From Eledone cirrhosa (taxonomy: Eukaryota): a stretch of DNA of 64,000 nucleotides. Numbering within the stretch: position 1 is the first letter of the stretch; every line of letters starts with the position of its first letter. Where the stretch lies: NCBI GenBank assembly GCA_964016885.1, contig OZ024765.1, forward strand, positions 20,770,001-20,834,000, written 5' to 3'. Positions 1 to 13,745 of this stretch are shown here, in pieces. The notes beneath the pieces are model-generated. The model made no database searches. It saw only the letters and a list, made by a program, of their open reading frames with translations, and was not told the DNA's origin. A program made the position numbers and the translations under genes.

Positions 1-196
1 CAGATGTAAAGATCACACAAGATGAAAGATTAACCTCACCAGAAATACCACTTGATGACTGTGAAAAAGAAGGAAGGCAGGAATGAAAGAGCCCCTTATC
101 TCCCTCCTCTCACCTCACCCCAACATCCAGCCCCCAGATCCTCAATCTAACCCGACCAGATGTAAAGATCACACAAGATGTAAGCATTATTCTCAC

Positions 197-271
197 CAGA
201 AATACCACATGTTAAACGAGGTCTTGTGTTGTCTTCTTTCAGGACAGCAGGAATTATTACAACATGTGCAA
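197..271 (-). CDS. Internal coding exon of a WBP1/VOPP1-family single-pass membrane protein
   Basis: Minus strand: acceptor ccttctctctctcttccag, 75-nt exon, donor TG|gtgaga. Encodes xCTCCNNSCCPERRQHKTSFNMWYFW, matching the CC-x3-CC...WYFW pattern that precedes the TM helix in WBP1/VOPP1. Phase 2/2. Confidence 0.8.
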
Positions 272-296
272 CTGGAAGAGAGAGAGAAGGCTGTTA

Positions 297-500
297 GGGT
301 GGTGGTGTAGTGGTGTGGTGGTGGTGTAGTGGTGGTGTAGTGGTGTGGTGGTGTAGTGGTGTGGTGGTGTAGTGGTGGTGGTGTGGTGTAGTGGTGGTGT
401 AGTGGTGGTGTGGTGGTGGTGTGGTGTAGTGGTGGTGTGGTGTAGTGGTGGTGTAGTGGTGTAGTGGTGGTGTGGTGGTGGTGTAGTGGTGTGGTGGTGG
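297..500. repeat. (GGT/GTG/GTA)n low-complexity tract
   Basis: Direct inspection. Confidence 0.95.
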
Positions 501-529
501 CGATGGTAGAGTCCACCATGTATGTAACA

Positions 530-573
530 TCATCATCATTTTATTTTACGTCCACTTTTCCCTGCTTGCAAGG
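530..573 (-). mobile_element. 3' tip of RTE-B LINE / SINE1 tail
   Basis: ttttacgtccacttttccctgcttgcaagg is the reverse complement of the shared tail at 29430-29460, with a (CAT)n end. Confidence 0.75.
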
Positions 574-696
574 ATGTATATATATATGTGTGTGTGTATG
601 TATATATATATATATATGTATATATGCATGTATATATATATATGTATATATGCATGTATATATATATATGTGTATGTATGTGTATATATACATATG

Positions 697-1218
697 CCAG
701 GTCACTCTTGAGTGCTACTGGTAACATGCAACCCAGTACAACCTGTCGCATGGTCGGGTCGTCGGCGACTAAACCGGCAACCCCACCAAGTTTACTTGGT
801 GAGGAGGGTGATTTTGGACCCACCGCAGGACAAAAAACAAAACCTGACAAAGGGCGGAAGAACTCATAAGAGTCAACGGCCATCCAAAAGTATGTAAATA
901 TGTATATACACATGTACCGCACGGTTAAACCACTGGGAGTGAAGGACCCCTAGCCTTTGTCAGGGCATTCTTCTAGGAGAAGGTATCTCAGGAAACTGGG
1001 ATAACTCCGATATAAAACCTGCGGCTCTGTAGTTACCGATGATGTTGATCTTTTCTTCTTTTCGGGTTATAGTTACTGTCGCTCAGAGAGTGGGATTGGC
1101 TCAGTGCACAGTCTTTCCTCACTTTAAAAAATATCTTCACGCACAGGCATTGCACGATAGAATTAATTAATAATTATTAATAATGGTATATATCGTGCAA
1201 TGGCCATACTCGATAATA

Positions 1219-1228
<10 letters not shown>
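697..1228 (+). mobile_element. Non-autonomous bipartite RTE derivative N1 (5'UTR plus 3' tail, ORF deleted)
   Basis: 918-1160 is near-identical to the RTE-A 5'UTR (10830-11070, minus). It ends in tcgtgcaatggccatactcgataa..agccatcatata, the RTE-A 3' tail. The head (697-890) is homologous to the N2 heads. Confidence 0.85.
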
Positions 1229-1273
<45 letters not shown>

Positions 1274-1280
1274 TATATAG

Positions 1281-1755
1281 ATGTAGTAACAACAGTTAGT
1301 TCTCCAGACCGAGAACAATTGTTTCACCTTAGCGCATCTTCAGCTCGTACTGGTCATGGTTATACGGAACAGGAAGAACAACCGCATGAACATCCATGTG
1401 CAGAAACGGTCAGTTCACCCAAGCGATACAAAGCCACAGGCGAAAGGTGTAAGGGAGATAACTGCAAAAGTCGGAAAATATGTTCGAGTTGATAAGAAAA
1501 TTAGGATGTTGTTGTTGTTCAATCCAGAGCTTTGCAGTTATTCAAGAGGTGTTTCCAGATGTGTGGACAACGTGAGAAGATTTCATTTCTTGAATTTAGG
1601 CAATCGCTATTGTGTAATCTCCTTAGAATATTTATCCTTTCTTCAGTACACAGTCCACATGATGGATTGCCCCTAGCCTATGGCTTGGACTTAGTGATGG
1701 CTTTCCATTGAATGGAGTAGTCTATACCTGAGTCCTTGAGGGACCATATGAGCCA
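1281..1755 (-). mobile_element. Penelope-like element 3' remnant (GIY-YIG C-terminus plus pLTR)
   Basis: 1752-1519 translates LIWSLKDSGIDYSIQWKAITKSKP*ARGNPSCGLCTEERINILRRLHNSDCLNSRNEIFSRCPHIWKHLLNNCKALD*, the typical Penelope endonuclease end (CxLCxxE..I...LNxRxE..xCxH). A hammerhead motif follows, then (TA)n. Confidence 0.85.
1304..1353 (-). ncRNA. Minimal type-I hammerhead ribozyme
   Basis: CCAG-ta-CGAG CTGAAGA tgcgctaaggt GAAAC AATT GTT CTCG-gt-CTGG. Stem I has a 2x2 internal loop, stem III is palindromic (AACAATTGTT), stem II is weak. Confidence 0.75.
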
Positions 1756-2017
1756 CGTATGGTGGGCCATTGTTGCTACACATTCTATCCCCAGCCAGTG
1801 TTGGCTGGCCATTGATGCAAGAGGGAGTTTGTTGCTGTTGGCCTTAGGTTACCTTCGTACCGTGCTGTTGGCTCATCCGCGATCCTGGATAGCAGGGTGT
1901 CAAGATGTTCCTTGAAAACATCCACGTGCACACCATGCATATCTCTCAAATTTCTTGGCAGCTTATTGAAGAGTTGAGGGCCTTTGAATCCCAGGCTATT
2001 GCATTATCTGCTCCTTA
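1756..2017 (-). mobile_element. CR1-like family B 3' fragment
   Basis: Homologous to 51310-51580 (YCNSLGFKGPQLFNKLP...); its 3' end is cut off by the PLE. Confidence 0.8.
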
Positions 2018-2099
2018 TTATATATATATATATATTATAAGCAAGTATTGCACCAAGAAAATTATAAACATCAACATGAAGGAGCTTAGGAATTTATTT

Positions 2100-2207
2100 G
2101 CTTTAACATATGTTTCTATGTTTATTATAATTGTCTACATATGCTGAGAACAATATATATATTGTTCAATGATTGCAATACTTAATTATCACACTTCATC
2201 AGAGAGC
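2100..2207 (-). ncRNA. Type-I hammerhead with long stem-II insert (PLE pLTR remnant)
   Basis: GCTCT CTGATGA agtgtg..(~75 nt)..cata GAAAC ATAT GTT AAAGC aAATAAA. One mismatch in stem I. Confidence 0.6.
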
Positions 2208-2296
2208 CAACAAGTCAAGCTCTCTGGTAAGCAGCTTCCTTGTTAAGGCATTCATTCCTGATAAACATAAACAAAACCTTATCTACCTTCACACAA

Positions 2297-2412
<116 letters not shown>

Positions 2413-2445
2413 GAATATATATATATGTATATATATATATATATG

Positions 2446-2790
2446 ATGGCACATGGCTTAGTGGTTAGAGCATTGGCCTTGCAATCGAAAGGTTGTGAGT
2501 TCAATTCTCAAACAGGGTGATGTGTTGTTTCCTTGAGCAAGACACTTTATTTCACATTGCTCCAGTTTACTCAGCTGTAGAAATGAGATGATAGGGACTG
2601 GGGTCCCTATCATTCCACTGCAAAGTGGTCGTGCAGGTGCCACGGCAAAAAAAGCACCCAGCACTCACTGTAAATGAGGTTGGTGTTAGGAAGGGCATCC
2701 AGCTGTAGAAATCAAGCCAGCATCAGTTCCCGTCCCACCCTTGCAAGCAGGGAAAAGCGGACGTAAAATGAAATGATGAGGATGATGAAG
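2446..2790 (+). mobile_element. tRNA-derived SINE1 with RTE-B-type 3' tail
   Basis: A box TGGCTTAGTGG, B box GAGTTCAATTC, central ccttgagcaagacactttat domain, tail cccacccttgcaagcagggaaaagcggacgtaaaatga(tga)n. Confidence 0.9.
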
Positions 2791-2995
2791 GCTGCAACCC
2801 AATTTCGAGTAATGCTATCGCTTGATACTTATGAAGATGTCAGATGTTAAGCGATGTCTGTGCTTGAAGCTTTTGGAAATGAGGAAAGGTTTTGCATGGG
2901 GCCAGTCCCTCTCTCTCAACATCGAATGCATTTACTCAAGAAAGCAAAATTGCTCTACACCATTGGATGCAAAGGAAGTTTCATAACCACAAATC

Positions 2996-3027
<32 letters not shown>

Positions 3028-3106
3028 CATACATATTCATACATATACACTTACATACATACAGATATACATACATACACATATATACATTTATATGTAT
3101 GTATGC

Positions 3107-3156
<50 letters not shown>

Positions 3157-3196
3157 TCATACACACATATACATATACACATATATACATGTAGAT

Positions 3197-3242
<46 letters not shown>

Positions 3243-3259
3243 ATATATATATATATATA

Positions 3260-3309
3260 TAATCATCATCAATATCACCATTTATCGTCTATTTTCAATG
3301 CTTGCGTGG

Positions 3310-3363
<54 letters not shown>

Positions 3364-3384
3364 TATATACATATATATATATAC

Positions 3385-3422
<38 letters not shown>

Positions 3423-3493
3423 GTGTATATATATATATATATATAATCATCATCAATATCACCATTTATCGTCTATTTTCAATGCTTGCGTGG

Positions 3494-3497
<4 letters not shown>
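3260..3497 (-). repeat. Duplicated ~55-bp RTE-C-type tail fragments within (TA)n
   Basis: Identical segments at 3260-3314 and 3443-3497, resembling 32276-32325. Confidence 0.75.
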
Positions 3498-3570
<73 letters not shown>

Positions 3571-3571
<1 letters not shown>

Positions 3572-6140
3572 CAGCCTGCCACCAGGTTCTTCTGCCTCAA
3601 CCTCTGACAGGGAAGCTGTGGAATCGCTTCTTGACTTCATGGATGATTTCTTCCTATCCCAACTGGTGCTCGAACCAACGAGGTGCCACAAAAACGTCCT
3701 AGACTTAATTTTCAGCAATCACACTGACAATATCCACAATATTGCAGTGGAGAAAACTCTACTCTCTGATCATGACATGGTTCTCTGTGATCTGAGATTC
3801 CACCGTCCAATATACAAACCCAATGTCATCTCTCCTGTCCATCCGTTTGACGCTATGGATTTCCACAATGCAAACTGGGAAGCGATCAGTCATGATCTTG
3901 CACATGTCGACTGGTCCTTCACGCACACTCATACACCCACTAACATCAAAAAGTCCTGGCAGACATTTGTGGACACTGTTACAAACATATGTGCTAAACA
4001 CACCCCATTAAGAACTATAAACAAATCTAAGAGCAGAATCCCTAGAAATAGAAAAACGCTCATCAGAAAAATTAAGAGAACGAACAAAAAAATCAACAAG
4101 CTGAAATACTGTCAGCAGCAACACATCAACTTGACTGCCATTTCATCACTAGAGATTAAAAAACATAACCTCCAAAACAGCATAATGTCCCTCATCAACA
4201 ATCAGAGAAGAGCTGAAGAGGCCTGGGCCATTGAGAAGATCAAACTCAATCCCAAAGTGTTCTTTTCATTTGCAAAAAAACACAAAATCACTGGCTCTAC
4301 TGTTGGCCCTCTAATTGATGAAAATGGCACTCTTCAAGACAATGCTAAAACCATGGGTGAGATACTGCAGAAACAATACTGCTCTGTTTTCAGCAATCCT
4401 GATATGGCCGATCTGGGCTGTATCGGCGATGTTACTCCCCATTACACCTTATCGGACATAACGTTTAGCGCCCCTGATGTCTTGGCGGCAATAAAGGAAA
4501 TCAAGCATAATTCAGCAGTAGGTCCCGATAGGTTCCCTGCTTGTGTCTTGAAGGCGTGTCAACACCAACTTGCATCTCCTCTTGCCAATCTGTGGCGGAA
4601 CTCACTGGATGCTGGATATGTGCCAGAAAACCTTCTATCCCAGTCTGTTGTCCCAGTTTTCAAAAAGGGAAACAAATCCCTTGCCGTGAATTACCGTCCA
4701 ATCTCACTCACCTCTCATATCATTAAGGTATTTGAGAGAGTGGTGAGATCGCGAATGACCCACTTCCTTGAGAGTAACAATATGCTGAACTCCAACCAGC
4801 ATGGATTCCGTAATGGAAGGGATTGCCTGACGCAGCTACTGCATCACTTTGATGACATTTTGAGAGCCTTGGGAGAGGGTTCCAACACTGATGTTATCTA
4901 CCTTGATTTCAGCAAGGCCTTTGACAGGGTTGATCATAACATTCTACTGAGAAAGCTGTCCAATATTGGTGTCACTGGAAAGCTGCTGCAGTGGATCAAG
5001 AGCTTCCTGTCAAACAGAACCCAACATGTTGTAGTTGAGGGAGTCAAATCAAGCCCAGCCAAAGTCAGTAGTGGGGTCCCACAAGGCACTGTGTTGGGCC
5101 CACTTCTCTTCATCATCTATATTAATGACATCACTGACATCATCAAACACAGCAACATTAAAATTTTCGCTGATGATTCCAAGCTCCAAAAGGTCATCAA
5201 TGGCGTGGATGACCGGATAAGCCTTCAGTCAGACCTACTGGCTGTTACCCAATGGGCAGAAAAGAACAACATATTACTGAACGAAGACAAATTCGAACTG
5301 ATCCACTTTGGAAAAGAGGATGCTCTGAAACTCCCGTACTCCCTTCCCTCCGGGGAAACTCTCGTGGCATCTAACAACATCAGAGACTTGGGAGTAACCG
5401 TGGACAGCAACATAAGCTGGACCACGCATATAAGCAGCAAAGTTGACATGGCCCGCAGAATGTGTTCCTGGATCCTCAGAACCTTCCAGTCGAGAGATTC
5501 CCGCACCATTATCCTTCTCTTCTCTACTTTCGCCCGACCACACCTTGAATACTGTTGTCCACTGTGGTCTCCCCACACGAAACAAAGTATCATGAAACTT
5601 GAAGCTCCTCAAAGGGCAATCACGAAAAAGATAGATGGCATGTCAGACCTTGACTACTGGGGTCGATTAGAAAACCTGAAACTTTACTCACTCCAACGTC
5701 GCCGTGAGCGTTATATTATCTGCATGATGTGGAAAATGTTCCATCATCACTGCCCAAATGCTGTAGGCATCGCCTTCAAGATACACCCAAGGCTTGGGCC
5801 CCGTGCTATCCGTCCCATTCAAAAATCTAAATCGCAACTCATAACAACAATACGGCACAATTATTTCACCTCAATCGGCCCTGCTCTCTTCAACATCACA
5901 CCAGGACATGTCAAAACAGAAACTGACCACACAAAATTCAAGAAGTCTTTGGACAAATTCCTCCAAGTAATCCCGGACAAACCACCCACACCCGGATATG
6001 TCTCCGCAAACAGTAATTCTCTTCTCGAATGGGCCATGGTGCCCAAATCCTGAATTGAAAGACTTCGCCAGGTGGTGCTATTAAGTTAGACATGGCCTGG
6101 GCCAATACTGGCCAAAACATTTCAAAGTTATTCAAAGTTA
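3571..6140 (+). mobile_element. CR1-like LINE family A, copy 1 (5'-truncated, ORF2 open)
   Basis: End of APE domain (LDLIFSN, SDHDMV), RT motifs ([35 protein letters not shown]), RPHLEY, stop at 6053, 3' end (TTCAAAGTTA)2 running into (TA)n. Confidence 0.95.
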
Positions 6141-6149
6141 TATATATAC

Positions 6150-6246
<97 letters not shown>

Positions 6247-6309
6247 CATATATATATACACATATATATATATATACATACATATATATATATATACATA
6301 TATACATAC

Positions 6310-6540
<231 letters not shown>

Positions 6541-6619
6541 CACATATATATATATATACACATATATATATATACATATATATATATATACACATATATA
6601 TATACATATATATATATAC

Positions 6620-6670
<51 letters not shown>

Positions 6671-6687
6671 CATATATACATATATAT

Positions 6688-6781
6688 ATGATGGCTGCCC
6701 CCTCGTTATCGAGTATGGCCATTGCACAATAAAAAAAAAAAAAAATAAAATAAAATAAATAAATAAATAAATAAATAAAAA

Positions 6782-6854
<73 letters not shown>

Positions 6855-6862
6855 GGGAAAAG

Positions 6863-6893
<31 letters not shown>

Positions 6894-7015
6894 TATACAT
6901 ACATATATATATACACATATATATACACACACACATACATACACATACATACATATATACACACACACATACATACACATACACTCACACATATATACAC
7001 ACATACATTAATAAC

Positions 7016-7058
<43 letters not shown>

Positions 7059-7137
7059 GCAATAATAATAATAACGACAACAACAATAATAATATACATA
7101 TTCATATATATATACACACACACGCACGCACATAAGC

Positions 7138-7175
<38 letters not shown>

Positions 7176-10100
7176 GATAGCAACTAACAGTGCTGCGATC
7201 GAATGTGGCTTTTTAGCCCAGCCAATGATCTAAAATGTCTTGCACAGAGTCGGCAACCAAAACATTTACTGGGAATAGTCGGCTGTGGTTGGAGTTCGTG
7301 TACTTTTGCATGTCGCTTGAGTCCTCCTGCTGATTTACATTCTCTACCACATGTTTGGCAAGCATGATGAGTAGCATCTCCAACAGCAGCCTGGTAGTCA
7401 ACCACTGGTCTTACTTTATGACTGCGAAGATGACTTTCGAGTCCAGCTTTGCTTAGGCAGAGTCTCGCACAGACGCTGCATGTCAGCGCCATAGGAGGAC
7501 CCTCGCCGTCTGGAAGTGCAACAGCAATACCCTTCCTCACGTCCCGCTTTACTTTCTCGTGTGCGATTCGAGATGCCTCAAAGGCAACTTTTCCCTCATA
7601 TACAGTCTTTCTCCATTTATTACGATCAGCAGCAATATTTTCCCATGTATCAGCAGAGATGTTAGCGTCTTTCAGAGAGGCCTTCAAGGAATCCTTATAC
7701 CTCTTTTTTGGTTTATGTGGCGGTCGTTTTCCTTTAACCAACTCTCCATAGAAGAGTTGTTTTGGTATTCTAGAATCCTTCATCCTGGCAAGGTGACCAC
7801 TCCAACGGAGTCGCTGCTTAAGCACAAGAGCTTCTATACTGTCACACATAGAGCTTTCCAAAATCTCGACATCACTGATGTGGTCCCTCCAGCGAACGCC
7901 ATGTATCCGTCTGAGACACATCTGATGGAAACGCTCCAATTGCTTAAGGTGGCGTCGATATGTGACCCAGGTCTCGCAGGCATAAAGAAGACAAGAGAGT
8001 ACACATGCCCTGTACACCCTTACCTTTGTCCTCCTGCATATGTCTCGCCGACCCCAGAGTCGCCTTTCTAGCTTTCCGAAAGCATCACTTGCTTTCCTAA
8101 TCCTAAGTGAGATCTCACTGTCAAGGCTGCCGTATCGATTGACAGTGCTTCCCAGGTAGACAAACTGATCAACCACTCCAAGTCGTTTGCCATACACATA
8201 GATGTTTGGTTCAGTGTACTGCCTACCAGGTGCAGGTTGGTACATGACGACGGTTTTCTTGAGACTGACAGTCAAACCCAGGGCAGTGCAAGCGTCAGAA
8301 AATACATTCAAAATGTGCTGCATATCACTCTCTGTGTGCGCTACAAGATCGCAATCATCTGCATACAAGAGGTCTCTTATGACTGATGTATATACTTTTG
8401 TCTTCGCAGCAAAGCGCCTGATGTTAAATATGCTGCCTGAGGTTCGATATCGGATGTAAACACCATGCTCGCAATTCCTGAATGCAATACAGAAAACCAT
8501 TGCAAAGTATATGGCAAACAGGGTCGGTGCTGGAATATCCCCCTGTTTCACTCCATTTTTTACTGAGATAGGCTCCGACATGTTACCTCCGACATTAACC
8601 CAAGCCTTCATGTCGTCATGGAAAGACCTAACTAAAGCAAGGAACTTATCAGGGCAACCAAGTTTCTGTAGAACCTTCCATAATGCATCTCTGTTGACAG
8701 TATCGAAAGCCTTTGTCAGATCGACAAAAACCTGATACAGATCCAAGCCCTGTTCAATGCACTTCTCCTGGAGCTGTCTAGCTGAGAAGATCATATCAGT
8801 AGTGCCGCGTCCAACACGAAAACCAGATTGACTTTCAGGAAGGACACAATCTGCAATGTGTGTCAGCAGACGGTCCAGAAGCACCCTACATAAAACTTTC
8901 CCCACGACAGAAAGCAATGATATACCTCTGTAGTTCCCACAATCATTCCTGTTACCCTTTCCCTTGTACAAGACCACCATTACTGCATCTCTCCAGTCCT
9001 CAGGCACGGATTCATTAGCCCATATCCTTCCAAACAGAGAGTGAAGATGTTGCAGGAGTCTCTCACCACCATATTGTAGGAGCTCAGCATGTATGCCATC
9101 CATACCTGGAGATCTTCCACTGTTCAGCTTCGAAATAGCCACTGCAACCTCCACAAGTGTCGGAGGTTCTGCGAGAGCTACTTTCACAGGACTTTCCGGA
9201 ATGAGATTGAGGAAATCTTCACTGACGACAGACGGCTGATTCAAAAGATCATCAAAGTGCTCTCGCCACCTTCGTAGAATTCCCTGTGAGTCACGAAGAA
9301 GTTCTTTGCCATCCTTGCTGCGAATCGGTGTCACCAGAGAAGAAGACGGTCCATAAACCTCACGCAAGAGACTGTACAACAGCTTTGTGTTATTGCAATC
9401 AGACGCAGTTTGTATCTCACCAGCCTTCTCACTCCACCACTGATCCTTCATCTGAGAAAGACTCCGCCTAACACGTGATTTTACATCCCTGAGCTCCTCA
9501 TGCAACGTATTCCTCTCCTGTGGTCTTGCCGTCAAGTAGCGTGACAGAGCGCGCCTCTTATCAGCCAACAAGTCATCTATATGCACATCCTTCTCATCAA
9601 ACCAGTCCTGATGTTTTCTCTGCACCAATCCCAGAACACGTCTGCCTACATCATAAACCGACTTTTTAAGGGTCGGCCAATCCTCACCAAGATCTGCAGC
9701 CTGCATCTCTTCTTCCAATGTCCTCTTCACATTTTTATCCTTAAGACGAGCAGCATTCAATCTTTTGGGCAGGGCAACACCAGGAGCCCGGATTTTACGT
9801 TTGGTGATTAGATTCACTTTTGCGCGTACCAGGCGGTGGTCCGTCCAGCACTCAGCTCCACGAAGAACACGAACACACTGCACATCCTGTCTGTCACGCA
9901 TCCTGACTAGGACGTAGTCCAAAAGATGCCATTCCTTAGATGCAGGATGCATCCATGTGGTCTTGAATTTGTTCTTTTGTTGGAACATGGTGTTGGTAAC
10001 ACACAGATCCAGCTCCTCACACATCTGCAGCAAGAGCATACCATTGCTGTTACACTTTCCCACCCCATGCCTTCCGATTACATTCCATGTGTTAAAATCC

Positions 10101-10771
10101 CTACCCACTCTAGCATTAAAGTCACCAAGCACGATGACTTTGTCTGCCTGAGGGATATTTCTTAAAACACCTTTCAAGGCATGGTAAAAGGACAGTTTTT
10201 CTTCATCGACAGAATTCATAGTTGGAGCATACACACTCACCAGGGTAGCATATCTTCCCTTGTCCAGCGGAACTCTCATGGACATAAGACGCTCACTAAT
10301 CCCCACTGGGAATTCTTCCAATTTATTCACCAGTACAGTCTTAACAGCAAATCCTACCCCAGCCTCTCTTCTGGTTCCTTCATCTCTTCCTTTCCAGAAG
10401 AATGTATATTCTCCACAAAATTCCGTAAGATGACCATCTCCAGCTAACCTCGTCTCAGACAAAGCCACGATGTCAAGATCGTAACGTCGAAGCTCCTTCG
10501 CAACAAGAGCGGTCCTTCGTTCAGGACGCTCCAAAGAATCCCTGTCAAGCAGCGTCCGTACGTTCCAGCAGCCAAGACTAAATGCCCTGTTTGGCTCTAT
10601 TACAATGGCACGATGACGGGCGGGCCCAGGTTGTGATAACTTGGGGCCCCTGCCCTTATTGCCAATGATCTCTTTTGTTCCAGAACCCAAATTGGCAATT
10701 ATCTCGTTTACATTGTTCTGGAACATCATTGAATTGGAAAAAAAAAAAAAAAAAAAAAAAAAGTAATAATA

Positions 10772-10806
<35 letters not shown>

Positions 10807-11107
10807 ACACTATTAATAATTATTAATGCACTCGTGCAATGCCTGTGCGTGACGAATATTTTTAAAGTGAGGAAAGACTGTGCACTGAACCAATCCCACT
10901 CTCTGAGCGACAGTAGCTATAACCCGAAAAGAAGAAAAGATCAACATCATCGGTAACTACTGAGCCGCAGGTTTTATATCGGAGTTAACCCAGTTTCCTG
11001 AGATGCCTTCTCCTAGAAGAATACCCTGACATGGGCTAGGGGTTCTTCACTCCCAGTGGTTTAACTGCGCGATCGGGCATCCAGCCCGATTATTTCTATG
11101 TCCCCGC

Positions 11108-11109
<2 letters not shown>
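6688..11109 (-). mobile_element. RTE-clade LINE A, near full length
   Basis: 5'UTR 11109-10730, intact ORF, microsatellite-rich 3'UTR, terminal stem-loop TGGCcataCTCGataaCGAGggggcaGCCA. Confidence 0.95.
7184..10729 (-). CDS. RTE ORF: APE endonuclease, reverse transcriptase and three C2H2 zinc fingers (1181 aa)
   Basis: [31 protein letters not shown]; NYRGISL, DLTKAFDTV, GVKQG, YADD; CSVC..HLRSH, CQTC..HAKVH, CRLC..HIRSQH. No stops. Confidence 0.95.
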   Translation of the reverse strand: MMFQNNVNEIIANLGSGTKEIIGNKGRGPKLSQPGPARHRAIVIEPNRAFSLGCWNVRTLLDRDSLERPERRTALVAKELRRYDLDIVALSETRLAGDGHLTEFCGEYTFFWKGRDEGTRREAGVGFAVKTVLVNKLEEFPVGISERLMSMRVPLDKGRYATLVSVYAPTMNSVDEEKLSFYHALKGVLRNIPQADKVIVLGDFNARVGRDFNTWNVIGRHGVGKCNSNGMLLLQMCEELDLCVTNTMFQQKNKFKTTWMHPASKEWHLLDYVLVRMRDRQDVQCVRVLRGAECWTDHRLVRAKVNLITKRKIRAPGVALPKRLNAARLKDKNVKRTLEEEMQAADLGEDWPTLKKSVYDVGRRVLGLVQRKHQDWFDEKDVHIDDLLADKRRALSRYLTARPQERNTLHEELRDVKSRVRRSLSQMKDQWWSEKAGEIQTASDCNNTKLLYSLLREVYGPSSSLVTPIRSKDGKELLRDSQGILRRWREHFDDLLNQPSVVSEDFLNLIPESPVKVALAEPPTLVEVAVAISKLNSGRSPGMDGIHAELLQYGGERLLQHLHSLFGRIWANESVPEDWRDAVMVVLYKGKGNRNDCGNYRGISLLSVVGKVLCRVLLDRLLTHIADCVLPESQSGFRVGRGTTDMIFSARQLQEKCIEQGLDLYQVFVDLTKAFDTVNRDALWKVLQKLGCPDKFLALVRSFHDDMKAWVNVGGNMSEPISVKNGVKQGDIPAPTLFAIYFAMVFCIAFRNCEHGVYIRYRTSGSIFNIRRFAAKTKVYTSVIRDLLYADDCDLVAHTESDMQHILNVFSDACTALGLTVSLKKTVVMYQPAPGRQYTEPNIYVYGKRLGVVDQFVYLGSTVNRYGSLDSEISLRIRKASDAFGKLERRLWGRRDICRRTKVRVYRACVLSCLLYACETWVTYRRHLKQLERFHQMCLRRIHGVRWRDHISDVEILESSMCDSIEALVLKQRLRWSGHLARMKDSRIPKQLFYGELVKGKRPPHKPKKRYKDSLKASLKDANISADTWENIAADRNKWRKTVYEGKVAFEASRIAHEKVKRDVRKGIAVALPDGEGPPMALTCSVCARLCLSKAGLESHLRSHKVRPVVDYQAAVGDATHHACQTCGRECKSAGGLKRHAKVHELQPQPTIPSKCFGCRLCARHFRSLAGLKSHIRSQHC

Positions 11110-12460
<1,351 letters not shown>

Positions 12461-12611
12461 TGTAAACATGTCCACACTCACTATGTACCTATTCCCCCAA
12501 AAATCAATATCTATACTTCAACAAACTACAACTTCCTGTGTAGTATCTATTATTGATCTGTCGCTATTTTTTCTGATCGAAAATTTTCTGACAGAGTTAT
12601 TTGGAATGGAT

Positions 12612-12825
12612 GATGTTGTTGTTGTTGTTGGTGGTGGTGTTGTTACTGTTGTTGTTGTTACTGTTGTTGTTGTTGGTGTTGTTACTGTTGTTGGTGGTGT
12701 TGTTGTTACTGTTGTTGTTGTTGTTACTGTTGTTACTGTTGTTGTTGGTGTTGTTACCGTTGTTGTTACTGTTGTTACTGTTGTTGGTGTTGTTGTTACT
12801 GTTGTTATTGTTGGTGTTGTTGTAT
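12612..12825. repeat. (GTT/ACT/GGT)n tract
   Basis: Direct inspection. Confidence 0.95.
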
Positions 12826-13069
12826 AATCCATCATACTACAGTACACACACACCCATATATATATATGTGTGAGTGTGTATGTATATATATATATACACA
12901 TATATATATGTATAAACATACATATATATATATACATACATGCGTGTATATGTGTATGTGTGTGTGTTTATATATACACACATATATATGTATAAACACA
13001 CATATATATACGTGTGCATATGTGTGTGTGTGTATACATATATATATATACATATATACATACATATAC

Positions 13070-13100
<31 letters not shown>

Positions 13101-13115
13101 CATATACATATATAC

Positions 13116-13147
<32 letters not shown>

Positions 13148-13231
13148 ACATATACATATATATACATATATACATATATATACATATATATATACATATA
13201 TATACATATATATATACATATATATACACAC

Positions 13232-13264
<33 letters not shown>

Positions 13265-13418
13265 CATATATATATACACATATATATATATACACATATA
13301 TATATATACACATATATATATATATACACATATATATATATATACACATATATATATACATATATACATATATATATATATACACATATATATATACATA
13401 TATATATATATACATACA

Positions 13419-13450
<32 letters not shown>

Positions 13451-13701
13451 CATATATATACATATATATATATACATATATATACATATATATATATACA
13501 TATATATATATACATATATATATATACATATATATACATATATATATATACATATGTATATACATACATATATGTAGATGTATATATAATGTATTTTGCA
13601 ATACACTTTATGCTTAATTAAAAGCATTTTGAAGACCGTAAGCTATTGTTTTAAAGTAGTGACAAATTCACTCACTTTGGTCTCAGCAAACAGGGGAGAT
13701 A

Positions 13702-13745
13702 AGCCGACAAGACTTGTTTCGCTTTGGTTGAAGCTTATCAAGGCC
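13702..13745 (-). ncRNA. Type-I hammerhead, U3-A8 core variant
   Basis: GGCC TTGATAA GCTT caacca AAGC GAAAC AAG t CTT GTC GGCT. Confidence 0.75.

Noticed and set aside
2446-2520. tRNA gene (also 32715-32788, 49441-49530, 62008-62080)
   Set aside because: A/B boxes are present but run into SINE bodies and LINE-derived tails without a proper acceptor stem.
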